Shown one piece after another: positions 36,253-45,918 of a DNA stretch of 64,000 bases. The stretch comes from Candidatus Woesearchaeota archaeon. Its GTDB lineage: Archaea > Nanobdellota > Nanobdellia > Pacearchaeales > GW2011-AR1. The notes under the pieces are model-generated. The model searched no databases. It saw only the letters and a program-made list of their open reading frames with translations, and was not told where the DNA came from. How positions within the stretch are numbered: the stretch's first letter is position 1; each line of letters opens with the position of its first letter. The position numbers were made by a program, and so were the translations under genes. Where the stretch lies: contig CAZHOH010000004.1 of assembly GCA_964534185.1 (NCBI GenBank), forward strand, positions 17,438 through 81,437. The letters are read 5' to 3'.

Positions 36253-37937
36253 TTTCTCTTTTTTATTTCATCCTGAATGTTTTTAATAAATGTTTCTATT
36301 GATTGTTGTTTGATTTTTTTTACTCCTCTTTGTCTTAATGCGATTTTTTTTGCTTTTTGTTCTTTGTCGCCGACGACAATTATGTAGGGAATTTTCATTA
36401 GTTCTGCGTTTCGTATTTTTGTTCCTAATGGGGCTGATTCTAAGTCTGTGCCTATTCTTAGTTGCGGAAATTCTTTTTTTATTTGTTTGAAGATTTTTTC
36501 TGCGTATTTGTTGTTTCTGTCTGTGTAGTTTATTACTCTTGCCTGTATTGGCGAAAGCCATGTCGGGAGTGCGCCTTTGTAGTGTTCTAAAAGGATTCCG
36601 ATGAATCTTTCTATGCTTCCGTAGATAACTCTGTGAAGCATGACTGGGCGTTGTTCTTGAGATTTGTTGTCAATATATTTTAAGTCAAATCTTTTAGGCA
36701 TTGCAAAGTCTAATTGGATTGTTGCACATTGCCATGTTCTTTCTAAAGAGTCTTTTATATGGAAATCTATTTTTGGACCGTAGAACGCTCCGTCGCCTTT
36801 GTTTATTTTGTATTTTATTTTATTTTTTTTCAAAGTTTTTTCTAAAGTGTTTTCTGCTATGTCCCATATTTTTTCATCTCCGATTCTTTTTTCCGGACGT
36901 GTTGAAAGTTCGACGTGATAATCAAAGTTGAATATTTTGTAAGTGTTGTCAATCATTTCAATTATTTTTTTTATTTCTTCTTCTATTTGGGATTCTGTGC
37001 AGAAAATGTGGGCGTCGTCTTGTGTAAATTGGATAACTCTGAATAATCCGCCGAGAACTCCTGAAAGCTCCTGCCTGTGGACAACCCCTAATTCTGCAAC
37101 TCTTAATGGTAAGTCTTTGTAAGATTTTGGAGTTGCTTTAAAGACGAGCATTCCACCAGGACAGTTCATTGGTTTTACTGCCATTTCTTTTTTTTCATAA
37201 TTTGTTAAGAAGATATTGTCTTTGTATTTTTCCCAGTGTCCTGAAATCTGCCAGAGTTTTTTGTCTAGGATTTGAGGGGTTTTTATTTCTTGATAATCTG
37301 CTTGTTTGTGAATTTCTCTCCAGTATTTTATTAATTCGTTGAAAATTATTAGTCCGTTGTTGTGCCAGAAAACCATTCCCGGGGCGACTTCGTTGAATGA
37401 GAATAAGTCTAGTTTTTGTCCTATGATTCTGTGGTCGTTGTCTTTTAGTTTTGAAGTGTCGAGTTTTGTTTTTGAAATTTCTCTTAAAAGTTGTTTGTAG
37501 TCGTATGATTCTTCTTTTGATCTTGGTTCTATATTTCTTGAAAGTTCTGAAAGTGGGTGTCCTTTTACTTTTAGTTCAAATTCTTTGTAGTAGCCGAAAG
37601 GTGCTTTTTCTACTATTTTGAACTCCTTTTTTAATTTTGTTTTTGCGTCAGCGAGAGTTTTTTGTGCTGTGTCTGGTGATGATAGGTTTGAGCTTAAGTG
37701 AGCATAAGGATATAAGACTATGTTTTCTGCCTTGACTTGTTTTGCTATTTCTTTTACGTTTTGTATTAAGACTTTTGTTGATTCTTCGTTGTCTCCTTTT
37801 TCTACTGCGATTAGAACTACAAGAGGTTCTTTGATGTGTTTTTCTTCTTCTTCACCTTTTTCAAGTTCAATTGAGCTTAATGCTTTTTTTAGTGGTTTGA
37901 ATTTTATGTAGTCGCTGTGCAATGTTAGGATTTTCAT
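36249..37937 (-). CDS. thrS: threonyl-tRNA synthetase, archaeal type with N-terminal editing domain
   Basis: Class II catalytic core (HRIIGQKLDLF..., FRVIQFTQDDAHIFC, motif 3 region) and a C-terminal anticodon-binding domain. The N-terminal ~140 aa are the archaea-specific editing domain. Confidence 0.9.
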   Translation of the reverse strand: MKILTLHSDYIKFKPLKKALSSIELEKGEEEEKHIKEPLVVLIAVEKGDNEESTKVLIQNVKEIAKQVKAENIVLYPYAHLSSNLSSPDTAQKTLADAKTKLKKEFKIVEKAPFGYYKEFELKVKGHPLSELSRNIEPRSKEESYDYKQLLREISKTKLDTSKLKDNDHRIIGQKLDLFSFNEVAPGMVFWHNNGLIIFNELIKYWREIHKQADYQEIKTPQILDKKLWQISGHWEKYKDNIFLTNYEKKEMAVKPMNCPGGMLVFKATPKSYKDLPLRVAELGVVHRQELSGVLGGLFRVIQFTQDDAHIFCTESQIEEEIKKIIEMIDNTYKIFNFDYHVELSTRPEKRIGDEKIWDIAENTLEKTLKKNKIKYKINKGDGAFYGPKIDFHIKDSLERTWQCATIQLDFAMPKRFDLKYIDNKSQEQRPVMLHRVIYGSIERFIGILLEHYKGALPTWLSPIQARVINYTDRNNKYAEKIFKQIKKEFPQLRIGTDLESAPLGTKIRNAELMKIPYIIVVGDKEQKAKKIALRQRGVKKIKQQSIETFIKNIQDEIKKRK

Positions 37938-37986
37938 ATTTTTTATAGGAAGGAGTTGTTTTTAAAAGTTCTCAATTTTTCCAGAA

Positions 37987-38469
37987 TTATCTTAGTTTTA
38001 ATTTTGAAATGTAGTATGGTTTTTGAAATGTAATGTTGGCTCCTGTTTTTTCCTGCATTCTTATGCTTGAAAGGTTTTCTGGGGAAATGGTTGCCATAAT
38101 TTCATCACATCCAAGAGCTTTTGCAAGTTCTATTTGAGCTTTTTTTAATGCTGAACCAATGCCTTGGTTCCTGAATTCTGGTGCGACGTAAATTCCTTCA
38201 CCCCTGTAAATTTCTTTTGATTCAAGTCTTTCTTCTTTAGGAAATCCTATCCCTTGTACAATTCCTGAGGCATACCCAATAACTTGGGATTTTAGTCTTG
38301 CAATCCATAAGTCATAGAGATGATTCCTTAGGCTGATTAATTTCTCTAATGCTTCGTCTTCTGTAACTGGGCGTTTTAGATATATTTCATCATCTGCTTG
38401 TTTTAATGGAATAATGTCTAATAAGTCCTCATCATTTTCTACTAATCTGACAGTTAAGTCTTGAACCAT
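37987..38469 (-). CDS. GNAT family N-acetyltransferase
   Basis: Acetyl-CoA binding motif RNQGIGSALKKAQIELAK (Q/RxxGxG/A). 160 aa. Confidence 0.75.
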   Translation of the reverse strand: MVQDLTVRLVENDEDLLDIIPLKQADDEIYLKRPVTEDEALEKLISLRNHLYDLWIARLKSQVIGYASGIVQGIGFPKEERLESKEIYRGEGIYVAPEFRNQGIGSALKKAQIELAKALGCDEIMATISPENLSSIRMQEKTGANITFQKPYYISKLKLR

Positions 38470-38498
38470 AATTTTTATTTTATTAAGTACTTTATAAA

Positions 38499-38879
38499 TT
38501 ATTTGGAATATTTCTTTAGTGCTTGTTCTATTGTATGATATATTTGCTGTGTTGTTGTTATTATGAGTCCGTCTATTTCTCCATTTAATGATAAAGAGTA
38601 TGTATTGAATCTTCCTAATTCTTCTTCATCGTCTTCTTTTGTTAAGTCTATGAACTTTCCTGTTATTTCTGTTTTTTCCATGTTGGCTGAAACTTTGTCT
38701 TCTTTAGGATTGTATGTGAGAAATTCTCCTATTGTTTTTGTATTGCATTCGACAGAGGCATTGAACTTTTCTCCTAAAACCTGCACCATTCTGTTTAATG
38801 GGCCTGTTTTTGTTTGTTCTAATGTCAGGCGATTTTTGAAATCTATTTTGTGTGTTTGGAGTGTTTGTTCTAGGTCCAT
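38499..38879 (-). CDS. hypothetical protein
   Basis: 126 aa. Unrecognised. Confidence 0.35.
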   Translation of the reverse strand: MDLEQTLQTHKIDFKNRLTLEQTKTGPLNRMVQVLGEKFNASVECNTKTIGEFLTYNPKEDKVSANMEKTEITGKFIDLTKEDDEEELGRFNTYSLSLNGEIDGLIITTTQQIYHTIEQALKKYSK

Positions 38880-38953
38880 ACCCTTTTTTGCAACTATAGT
38901 TATTTAAATTTTAGTATAGAAATTTTTATTAAGTAAATATTGCTTTTTTTATT

Positions 38954-39127
38954 ATGAGTGAAGTTAATAATTATGAAATTCGAATAACAGGTAATGATAA
39001 TTTTTATGGGCAATATTTGCCTTCTGGTGAGAGATTTTTAGGGCCTGGACTTTTTGATAGTCAAGGAAAGAGGGTTATTGATGATGATTTTAGTTTTGAT
39101 GAAGTAGGGGAAGATATTGTCTTTTGA
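38954..39127 (+). CDS. small hypothetical protein (57 aa)
   Basis: Hand-translated MSEVNNYEIRITGNDNFYGQYLPSGERFLGPGLFDSQGKRVIDDDFSFDEVGEDIVF. It is below the track size cutoff and speculative. Confidence 0.2.
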   Translation: MSEVNNYEIRITGNDNFYGQYLPSGERFLGPGLFDSQGKRVIDDDFSFDEVGEDIVF

Positions 39128-39130
39128 ATT

Positions 39131-40240
39131 TTATTTGTTTTGTCTTAATCTTTCTGCATATTGTCTTATTAGTTGTTGGGTTTGCTCCCAAGATATGCAG
39201 GCGTCTGTTATTGATACTCCATATTGTAGGTTTTGTATTTGTTCTGGTGTTTTGGGAAAGTCTTGTTTTCCTTGATTTAGATTTGATTCTAACATGATTC
39301 CTGTTATGCTGTTGTTTCCTTGGGTTATTTGGTTTAATACATTTTCCGCTACTTGAATTTGTTTTTCGTGAGTTTTGTAGGAGTTAGCGTGGCTACAGTC
39401 GATGACTATGTTTTCTGGAAGTCCTGCTTTTTTTATTAGTTCGAGTGTTTCGCTTAGTTTTTCTGGATAGTAATTTGGTTCTCCGTTGCCGCCTCTTAGT
39501 ACTACGTGGCAGTATTTGTTTCCTTTTGTTTGTATGTTTGTGATTTTTCCGTTTGCGTTGATTCCTGGGAATTTGTGAGGATGTTCTGCAGTTACACAGC
39601 TGTCAATTGCTACTTTTATGTCGCCTGAAGTGTTGTTCTTAAACCCTACTGGCATTGATAGTCCTGAGGCTAGTTCTCTGTGTATTTGAGATTCTGTTGT
39701 TCTTGCGCCGATTGCTGCCCATGAAATTAAGTCGGCCAAGTATTGGGGTAAATCAGTTCTTAAAAATTCGTTTCCACATGGCACCCCCAGTTCATTAATA
39801 TCTAATAAGAATTGTCTGCTTGTTTCAATTCCCTTTTTTAAGTCTTGAGTGTTGTCTAAGTCTGGGTCGTATAAAATTCCTTTCCATCCTATTGTTGTCC
39901 TGGGTTTTTCTAAGTATGTTCTCATAACTATATATAATACGTCGCTGACTTCGTCTGCAAGAGATTTTAGGTTTTTTACATATTTCAGGCTTTGTTCTGG
40001 TGAGTGGATTGAGCATGGGCCACATAGGATGAGTTTTCTTTTGTCTTTTTTATCTAAAATGTTTTTTATTGTTCTCCTTGATTCTAGAACTGTTTGTTTT
40101 GCTTTTTCTGTTAAGGGGTAGGAGTTTTTTATTTCTCTAGGAGTAGGGAAATCTTCGTAGTTTTCTATATTTGCGTCTTCTAAAATTTCTTCCATACCTT
40201 TATTTTTTGAACCTAACATTTTTAAACTTATGCAGGACAT
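39131..40240 (-). CDS. aroG: 3-deoxy-7-phosphoheptulonate (DAHP) synthase, class I alpha (AroG/AroF/AroH type)
   Basis: Near-colinear with E. coli AroG: LILCGPCSIHSPEQ, KPRTTIGWKG, WAAIGARTTESQIHRELASGLSMPVGFKN, CHVVLRGG..PNY, IDCSHANS, GVSITDACI. The true start is possibly the internal Met at 40195. Confidence 0.9.
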   Translation of the reverse strand: MSCISLKMLGSKNKGMEEILEDANIENYEDFPTPREIKNSYPLTEKAKQTVLESRRTIKNILDKKDKRKLILCGPCSIHSPEQSLKYVKNLKSLADEVSDVLYIVMRTYLEKPRTTIGWKGILYDPDLDNTQDLKKGIETSRQFLLDINELGVPCGNEFLRTDLPQYLADLISWAAIGARTTESQIHRELASGLSMPVGFKNNTSGDIKVAIDSCVTAEHPHKFPGINANGKITNIQTKGNKYCHVVLRGGNGEPNYYPEKLSETLELIKKAGLPENIVIDCSHANSYKTHEKQIQVAENVLNQITQGNNSITGIMLESNLNQGKQDFPKTPEQIQNLQYGVSITDACISWEQTQQLIRQYAERLRQNK

Positions 40241-40462
40241 CCAGAAATCTAAAAGAGAATAAAGTCTTCAAGAACCTGGAGTGTCCAGACTCTTATTTAA
40301 AATAAAAGAAGTTGAAACTAGAGAAATTCCAAGTTGTTAAAGCTCTAGTCTTTTTCATGGGTTTTTTATGGTGTCGGGGTATATAAAGTTTTTTGGTGGT
40401 AGAAAAGTTTATAAATTAAGTAAATTGTAGTTTAGCGTGATTTTCTTTTATATGATAACTAC

Positions 40463-41251
40463 TTGAAAGAGGTTACAATTAATAAAATGGAATTTAAATA
40501 TAAGAAACTGAGTGAGAAATTTGCGAATCGTCTAGCTTTGGCTTCGCTTCTTGGTTTTGGAGCTTTGGTAGGTTATGATTCTATTGCTGAGCCAGAGGCT
40601 CGTGGGTTTGGTGCATATGTTTATGAAAGGGATTTAGAGGATATGGAGGGTAGTGAGGATTTAGAGGATAGAGTTGGAAGTGAGGATTGGGAAGAGAGGA
40701 TTTTTAATTTAGATATGATGCTTGGAGCTGTTGATGATTTAGAAGACTATACTGAAAAGTATTTGCTTCCTGAAGAACAAAGGAATGAAGATAATGTTAA
40801 GATTATTGCTGAGGCGCTTTATGCTGAGGCGCGGGGACTGTATCAGAATGAAGATTATCTTAAGAATGTTGGGAGTAGTGTGATAACTCGTGCTATGGAG
40901 AGAAATGAAAGGGTTAGTGATGTTTTGTATAATGGAGAGTATAGCTATGCAAATTCAGGGGATCCAAATAAGAAGATTGTGGGGATGGCAGAAGAGCATG
41001 CTTCTCAAAATTATAAAGATGAAAAAGCATATGAAGTTTGTTTGAAGGTTGCAAGTGACTTGGTTTATAATGGAGCTGATAAATTGCTGACTCATTATTT
41101 TGTTCGTAAGAAAAATAGTGATAATTTTCCTTCTTGGGCAAAGGGCGAGCCAGATGCTGTGATTGAACATGGCGATAGAGTAACAAGATTTTATTACTTG
41201 TCAGATAACGCTGCTAATGAGAAAGGGCAAGTTTTTAGTGGGAAAGTTTAG
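40463..41251 (+). CDS. SleB/CwlJ-like cell-wall hydrolase domain protein with N-terminal membrane anchor
   Basis: N-terminal TM helix (LALASLLGFGALVG). The C-terminal domain has the Hydrolase_2 pattern (AEALYAEARG...VITRAMERN...VSDVLYNGEYSYANSGDPN). Confidence 0.6.
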   Translation: MKEVTINKMEFKYKKLSEKFANRLALASLLGFGALVGYDSIAEPEARGFGAYVYERDLEDMEGSEDLEDRVGSEDWEERIFNLDMMLGAVDDLEDYTEKYLLPEEQRNEDNVKIIAEALYAEARGLYQNEDYLKNVGSSVITRAMERNERVSDVLYNGEYSYANSGDPNKKIVGMAEEHASQNYKDEKAYEVCLKVASDLVYNGADKLLTHYFVRKKNSDNFPSWAKGEPDAVIEHGDRVTRFYYLSDNAANEKGQVFSGKV

Positions 41252-41664
41252 GCAGCTTTTTTTCTGAAGAAGTTTGAAACTTTTGAATATGCGCTTTTTA
41301 TTTTACTTTCTTTTGAATCATTGTATTTTTTCATAGCTTTAAGGGTTTGGTTCTTTTCTTGTTTTTTGTCAAGCCTTTGTTTTTCTTTAGCTAAATAACT
41401 TTTTGCTTCTTCTAAATCTGTTCTATTTCCTTTGTAATTTTCTTCTACGCTATTTATTTGTTTTTGGACAAATTCATAACCTTGTTTACTTAATTGTCTT
41501 CCCTCTTTTTGATATCTTGTTAAATGGTAAATCATTTGGTTAGCGGTTTTTTCTTTTGTAGAATTATCTTTTAATTTTGATTCGATTGTTGCTCTGTCGT
41601 TTTGTCTGTTTCTTATTCTTGTTTCATCATTTTTTCTATAGATATAATAATTGTTTGTGTTCAT
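41248..41664 (-). CDS. coiled-coil hypothetical protein
   Basis: 138 aa, K/E/Q-rich helical. Confidence 0.35.
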   Translation of the reverse strand: MNTNNYYIYRKNDETRIRNRQNDRATIESKLKDNSTKEKTANQMIYHLTRYQKEGRQLSKQGYEFVQKQINSVEENYKGNRTDLEEAKSYLAKEKQRLDKKQEKNQTLKAMKKYNDSKESKIKSAYSKVSNFFRKKAA

Positions 41665-41755
41665 AAAAAACGCAGAATATTGGTGTTTTTAAAATTAATT
41701 GTTTTAGTAATTTTTTAGAAAAAGGTTTTATAAAGTGTGGAGTATCTTATTAATT

Positions 41756-42820
41756 ATGGGAAATGTATTAATGGTAGATAATGAGAAACTTGTGAAGGAT
41801 TTTGGAGCTAGTCGTATCTTTCAGTTAAAAGATTTACCTGACTTTTATACGTTTAAGAAAGGGTTAATATACTCACATAGAGATTTTGATAAGTTTTTTA
41901 GAGCTTTGAAAAAAGGGGAAAAGTGTGCGATTGTTTCTGGGGCTAATGCTTCTGGGACACTTCATTTAGGACATAAAGTTGTTTTTGATACAAATCTTTA
42001 TTTTCAAAAAAAATATGGTGTGCCAGTATTTGTTCCTATTTCTGATGATGAAGCTTATGTTGCTGGGAAAGTTAAAACCCAGGAAGAGGCTTTAAAAAAT
42101 TCTAAAGAACTGGCAAGGCAGTTTTTGGCATATGGTTTTGATCCGCATAAAACTTATTTTATTATAGACCAGGTTTATACTAATATTTATAATTTGGCTA
42201 TAAAATTGTCTAAAAAAATAAATTATTCTGAGATTAAGGCAACTTATGGTTATTCTCCTGAAAATAATATTGGATTGCATTTTTATCCTGCTGTTCAATC
42301 TGCCCATATTCTTTTTCCTCAAGAGAAATTAGGCATAAAGCATGTATTGGTTCCGATAGGTCCTGATGAAGATGCCCATATTAGAATTTGTAGGGATATT
42401 GCTGGAAGAATTGGTTGTGAGAAACCTTCAATATTGCATCTAGCTTTTATGCCAGGAATAGACGGAACTAAAATGTCTAAATCAAAGAATAATGCTATTT
42501 TTCTAAATGAAGATAGTAAATTAGTAACTAAAAAAATTAATCGGGCTTTTTCTGGTGGGCAAAAGACGATTGAAGAACATAGAAAATTAGGGGGCAATCC
42601 TGACGTTGACATATCCTGTCAATACTTATCAAAATTGTTTTTAGATGAGAAAGAAGGAAAGAAATTATTTGAAGATTATAAGGAAGGGAAGTTGTCGAGT
42701 GGGGATGTGAAGAAAATGCTTTCTGAGAAATTAGTTAAAATGCTTGAAGGATTTCAAAAGAATGTTAAAAAGGTTAAAGATTCTGATTTGAATAAAAGTA
42801 TTATGAAAAATGAATTTTGA
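41756..42820 (+). CDS. trpS: tryptophanyl-tRNA synthetase (class I, Trp/Tyr family)
   Basis: HIGH-like motif TLHLGH and the KMSKS motif as KMSKSK. Length fits archaeal TrpRS. Start chosen at ATG 41756; the tracked start at 41735 is GTG. Confidence 0.7.
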   Translation: MGNVLMVDNEKLVKDFGASRIFQLKDLPDFYTFKKGLIYSHRDFDKFFRALKKGEKCAIVSGANASGTLHLGHKVVFDTNLYFQKKYGVPVFVPISDDEAYVAGKVKTQEEALKNSKELARQFLAYGFDPHKTYFIIDQVYTNIYNLAIKLSKKINYSEIKATYGYSPENNIGLHFYPAVQSAHILFPQEKLGIKHVLVPIGPDEDAHIRICRDIAGRIGCEKPSILHLAFMPGIDGTKMSKSKNNAIFLNEDSKLVTKKINRAFSGGQKTIEEHRKLGGNPDVDISCQYLSKLFLDEKEGKKLFEDYKEGKLSSGDVKKMLSEKLVKMLEGFQKNVKKVKDSDLNKSIMKNEF

Positions 42821-42873
42821 TTGTTGAATTTTCATTGAGAAATATTTAAATATAGAGTTAATGTTATTCTATT

Positions 42874-44952
42874 ATGGATAGAAAATTGGTGATTTTGGGG
42901 TTTGCTTTTGTATTTGGATTTTTGCTTTTTTCTTCGATTAATGTAAGTGCTAATGTTTATTTTACAGGACAGCCACAGGAAGTTTATAATCTTGGTGATA
43001 GAATTGACGTCGGTTTTGGGACTGATGGGACTCCGGGTTGGTTGCAGATAGATTTGATGTGTGGGAATTTGAGTCGGATGGTGGATTTTAGATATTTGGA
43101 TGAAGAGGAGGTGGAGTCTTCGCTTAATATTCCTCTTACAAATAATTTTCTTAGGAATTTGAAAGGTGATTGTTCTTTGAAAATGACTTTTGAGGATGAG
43201 GTCAAAGAGAGTTTAGGATTTAAGATTTCTAATGAAGTGATTACTGAGATAAGTTTTAATCAGAATAGTTTTAATCCGAATGAGACTCTGATTTATACTG
43301 GTAGTGTTCGAAAGCCTAATGGAGAGGATGTTGTAGGATTTGCTGAGGTTTCTTTTAATGGTGTTGAGTTGGAAAGTGTGGTTCCTGTTAATGGTGATTC
43401 TTTTTCTGGAGAGATTTTTATTCCAGGGAATATTGCTTCTGGAAATTATGCTGTTGAGACTTTTGTTTATGAAAAGGACAAGAATGAGGAAGTGACTAAT
43501 TTTGGTTTTTCTAATGCTAGTGTTACTGTTTTACAGCAGCCAAAAAGTTTAGAGGTTGAAGTTTCTAATAGCATTACTCCTGGGGAGAATCTGGAGTTTA
43601 GTGCGATTCTTTTTGATCAGGCAGGCTATAATATTGATGCTGTTCCTGTTGAGTTTGAGATTTATAATGTTGAGGGTGAAAGAGTGTTGAATGTTTTGGG
43701 TGAGACAGGAACTTCAAGTTCTTATAGTATTAGAAAAAATGCTCCTTATGGTTATTGGAATGTAAGTGCAAATGCTAAAGAGTTATCTGATTTGAAGAAT
43801 TTTTATGTTGATAAGTATCAGGAGGCGGAGTTTGAGTTGGTTAATAATACATTGAAAATTACGAATATTGGGAATATTAATTATGATAAGCATGTTGAGA
43901 TTGGTGTTGGTAATCAGACAGAGGTTAAGAATTTGAACTTGAGTTTGGGAGAGAGTGCTGAATTTAAGCTTTCTGCTCCTGATGGGGAGTATGAAATTAA
44001 TGTTAAGGATGGAGTTTCGAGTATTACTGGGAATGTTGTTTTGACTGGAGATGCGATTTCAATTGAACCTGTTCGGCGAGGGGTTTTGGGATGGTTGAGT
44101 GGCAATTTCTTTGCTTGGATTTTTATTATTTTAGTTTTTGGTTTGTTTATCTTGCTTACCTATCGGAAAGTTGTTCAGAAAAAATTTGTTTTGAATTTTG
44201 ATAGTTTGAAATTTGGAAAGAAAAATAAAGAGGAAGGTAAACCAACTTCTATGAAAGTTAGTAAAGGAGGGGTTTTGAAAGTTGGAAGTGATGGCAAAAA
44301 GTCAAGTGTTGATAATGTAGGTTATGAAGCGAGTTCTTCACTTGTTATTGATGGACAGAAGCAGAATGCAGGGATTCTTGCTTTGAAAATTAAAAATCAT
44401 TCTGAATTGGATAAGGTGAAGGGTTCGAATGCTCATGAAGCAATTAATAAGGTTGTCGATAAGATTTCGCATAATGGGGGAAAGGTTTATCGGGCGAATG
44501 ATTATATTGTGGGGATTTTCAGTCCCAGCATTACAAAGACTTTTGATAATAGTTTGAATGCTATTAAGACTGGGAAAGAGATTTCAGATATTTTTGCAGA
44601 GCATAATAAAAAGTATAGTCATAAGATTAAGTATGGAATTGGGGTTAATGAGGGGGAAATTGTTACTAAAAAAGATAATGGGAAGTTTTTGTTTACTCCT
44701 TTGAGAAATGTTTTGTCTCAAAGCAAAATGATTGCAGATATTTCTGAGGGTGGTGTTTTGATGAGTGAGAGTTCTCAGAAAAAAGTTATGTCTAAAGTGA
44801 AGGCAATTCCTAATCAGTCTCAGAGAGGTATTAAGACTTTTGCTATTGGAGAGATTAATGATAATAGGGAGAATCAACAGTTTATTGAAGAGTTTTTGAA
44901 AAGGAATAAGGGTGATTTTAAACAATTGAGTGATTATAGGTTGAGGAAATAG
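42874..44952 (+). CDS. large membrane protein: signal peptide, extracellular beta-sandwich-like repeats, single TM, cytoplasmic nucleotidyl-cyclase-like (degenerate) domain
   Basis: N-terminal signal/TM and an internal TM (WIFIILVFGLFILLTY). The C-terminal ~170 aa resemble a class III cyclase fold (ILALKIK...NDYIVGIF...KIKYGIGVNEGEIV) but the first metal-binding Asp is replaced by Lys. Confidence 0.45.
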   Translation: MDRKLVILGFAFVFGFLLFSSINVSANVYFTGQPQEVYNLGDRIDVGFGTDGTPGWLQIDLMCGNLSRMVDFRYLDEEEVESSLNIPLTNNFLRNLKGDCSLKMTFEDEVKESLGFKISNEVITEISFNQNSFNPNETLIYTGSVRKPNGEDVVGFAEVSFNGVELESVVPVNGDSFSGEIFIPGNIASGNYAVETFVYEKDKNEEVTNFGFSNASVTVLQQPKSLEVEVSNSITPGENLEFSAILFDQAGYNIDAVPVEFEIYNVEGERVLNVLGETGTSSSYSIRKNAPYGYWNVSANAKELSDLKNFYVDKYQEAEFELVNNTLKITNIGNINYDKHVEIGVGNQTEVKNLNLSLGESAEFKLSAPDGEYEINVKDGVSSITGNVVLTGDAISIEPVRRGVLGWLSGNFFAWIFIILVFGLFILLTYRKVVQKKFVLNFDSLKFGKKNKEEGKPTSMKVSKGGVLKVGSDGKKSSVDNVGYEASSSLVIDGQKQNAGILALKIKNHSELDKVKGSNAHEAINKVVDKISHNGGKVYRANDYIVGIFSPSITKTFDNSLNAIKTGKEISDIFAEHNKKYSHKIKYGIGVNEGEIVTKKDNGKFLFTPLRNVLSQSKMIADISEGGVLMSESSQKKVMSKVKAIPNQSQRGIKTFAIGEINDNRENQQFIEEFLKRNKGDFKQLSDYRLRK

Positions 44953-44985
44953 TAAAATTTAAATTGGGAGTTCTTTCTGAATTGT

Positions 44986-45285
44986 ATGGTAAAATTAGAA
45001 ATGTTAATCGATAATATTGTAGGACCTGGAGCTTTTGGGTGGATTTATCCTTATATGGCTCGCACTTCTATTAGGAAAGTATGTGAGGATATGAGTAATT
45101 CTGTTATTTCTATTAATCTTCCAGTTTATGTAACCTCTCTTTATACAGGAATGATTGCAAGTTCTGGATATATTTTATATAATGTGATAAATTCTGATTT
45201 TCCTTTAAGAGAGATGGGATTTTTAGCTGCGACAAATCTGGCTTCTTTGGGTTATGAAAAATTTGCGAGAAGAAATTCACCATAG
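44986..45285 (+). CDS. hypothetical small membrane protein
   Basis: 99 aa, hydrophobic. Confidence 0.3.
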   Translation: MVKLEMLIDNIVGPGAFGWIYPYMARTSIRKVCEDMSNSVISINLPVYVTSLYTGMIASSGYILYNVINSDFPLREMGFLAATNLASLGYEKFARRNSP

Positions 45286-45334
45286 TTAATTTTATAAAGA
45301 ATTTGTACGATATTATTGGATAGTTGGAGAAGTT

Positions 45335-45835
45335 ATGGAAAATAGAAAACTTGGAGGTTTGTTGATTGTAATTGCTCTTTTGGTAGGAGGAATTCTTATT
45401 TATTATAATTCACAATTAACAGGAGAGGCAGTTGCAATAGGATGTTATTCTTCAGATAGTGATTGTTTGCCGATTGAGAAAAGTTTATCTTTGAGTCATT
45501 TTGCAATTGGGGTATTTTCTTTTATCCTTGCACTTGGGTTTTACCTTTTATTTTTTAATAAAACAGAGCAGGCGATTTTGAAAAGACTTGAAGATGATAA
45601 AAATCAGAAGGTTACTGGTGAAATGTTTAAATGGGTTTTGATGGCTCTTGATTCTTATGAAAAGAGGGTTATGGAAGAGGTTAAGAAGCAGGAGGGGATA
45701 ACTCAGAATACTTTGAGATTAAGGACAAATATGTCTAAAGCAAAATTGTCTTATGTTTTACAAGAACTTGAAAAAAGGAATCTTATTAAAAGAGTTAGTA
45801 AAGGTAAGACTCTTCAGGTGTTTTTGAAAATTTAA
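45335..45835 (+). CDS. membrane-anchored winged-helix (MarR/PadR-like) transcriptional regulator
   Basis: Two N-terminal TM helices, then GITQNTLRLRTNMSKAKLSYVLQELEKRNLIKRVSKGK (wHTH). Confidence 0.5.
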   Translation: MENRKLGGLLIVIALLVGGILIYYNSQLTGEAVAIGCYSSDSDCLPIEKSLSLSHFAIGVFSFILALGFYLLFFNKTEQAILKRLEDDKNQKVTGEMFKWVLMALDSYEKRVMEEVKKQEGITQNTLRLRTNMSKAKLSYVLQELEKRNLIKRVSKGKTLQVFLKI

Positions 45836-45918
45836 AAAGGGTTTTGAACGTTCTATTGCTTAAATTTAAAGGTTTCAGGCTTTTTTAACGGTGTTGTTCA
45901 TACCCTAAGATATATAAT

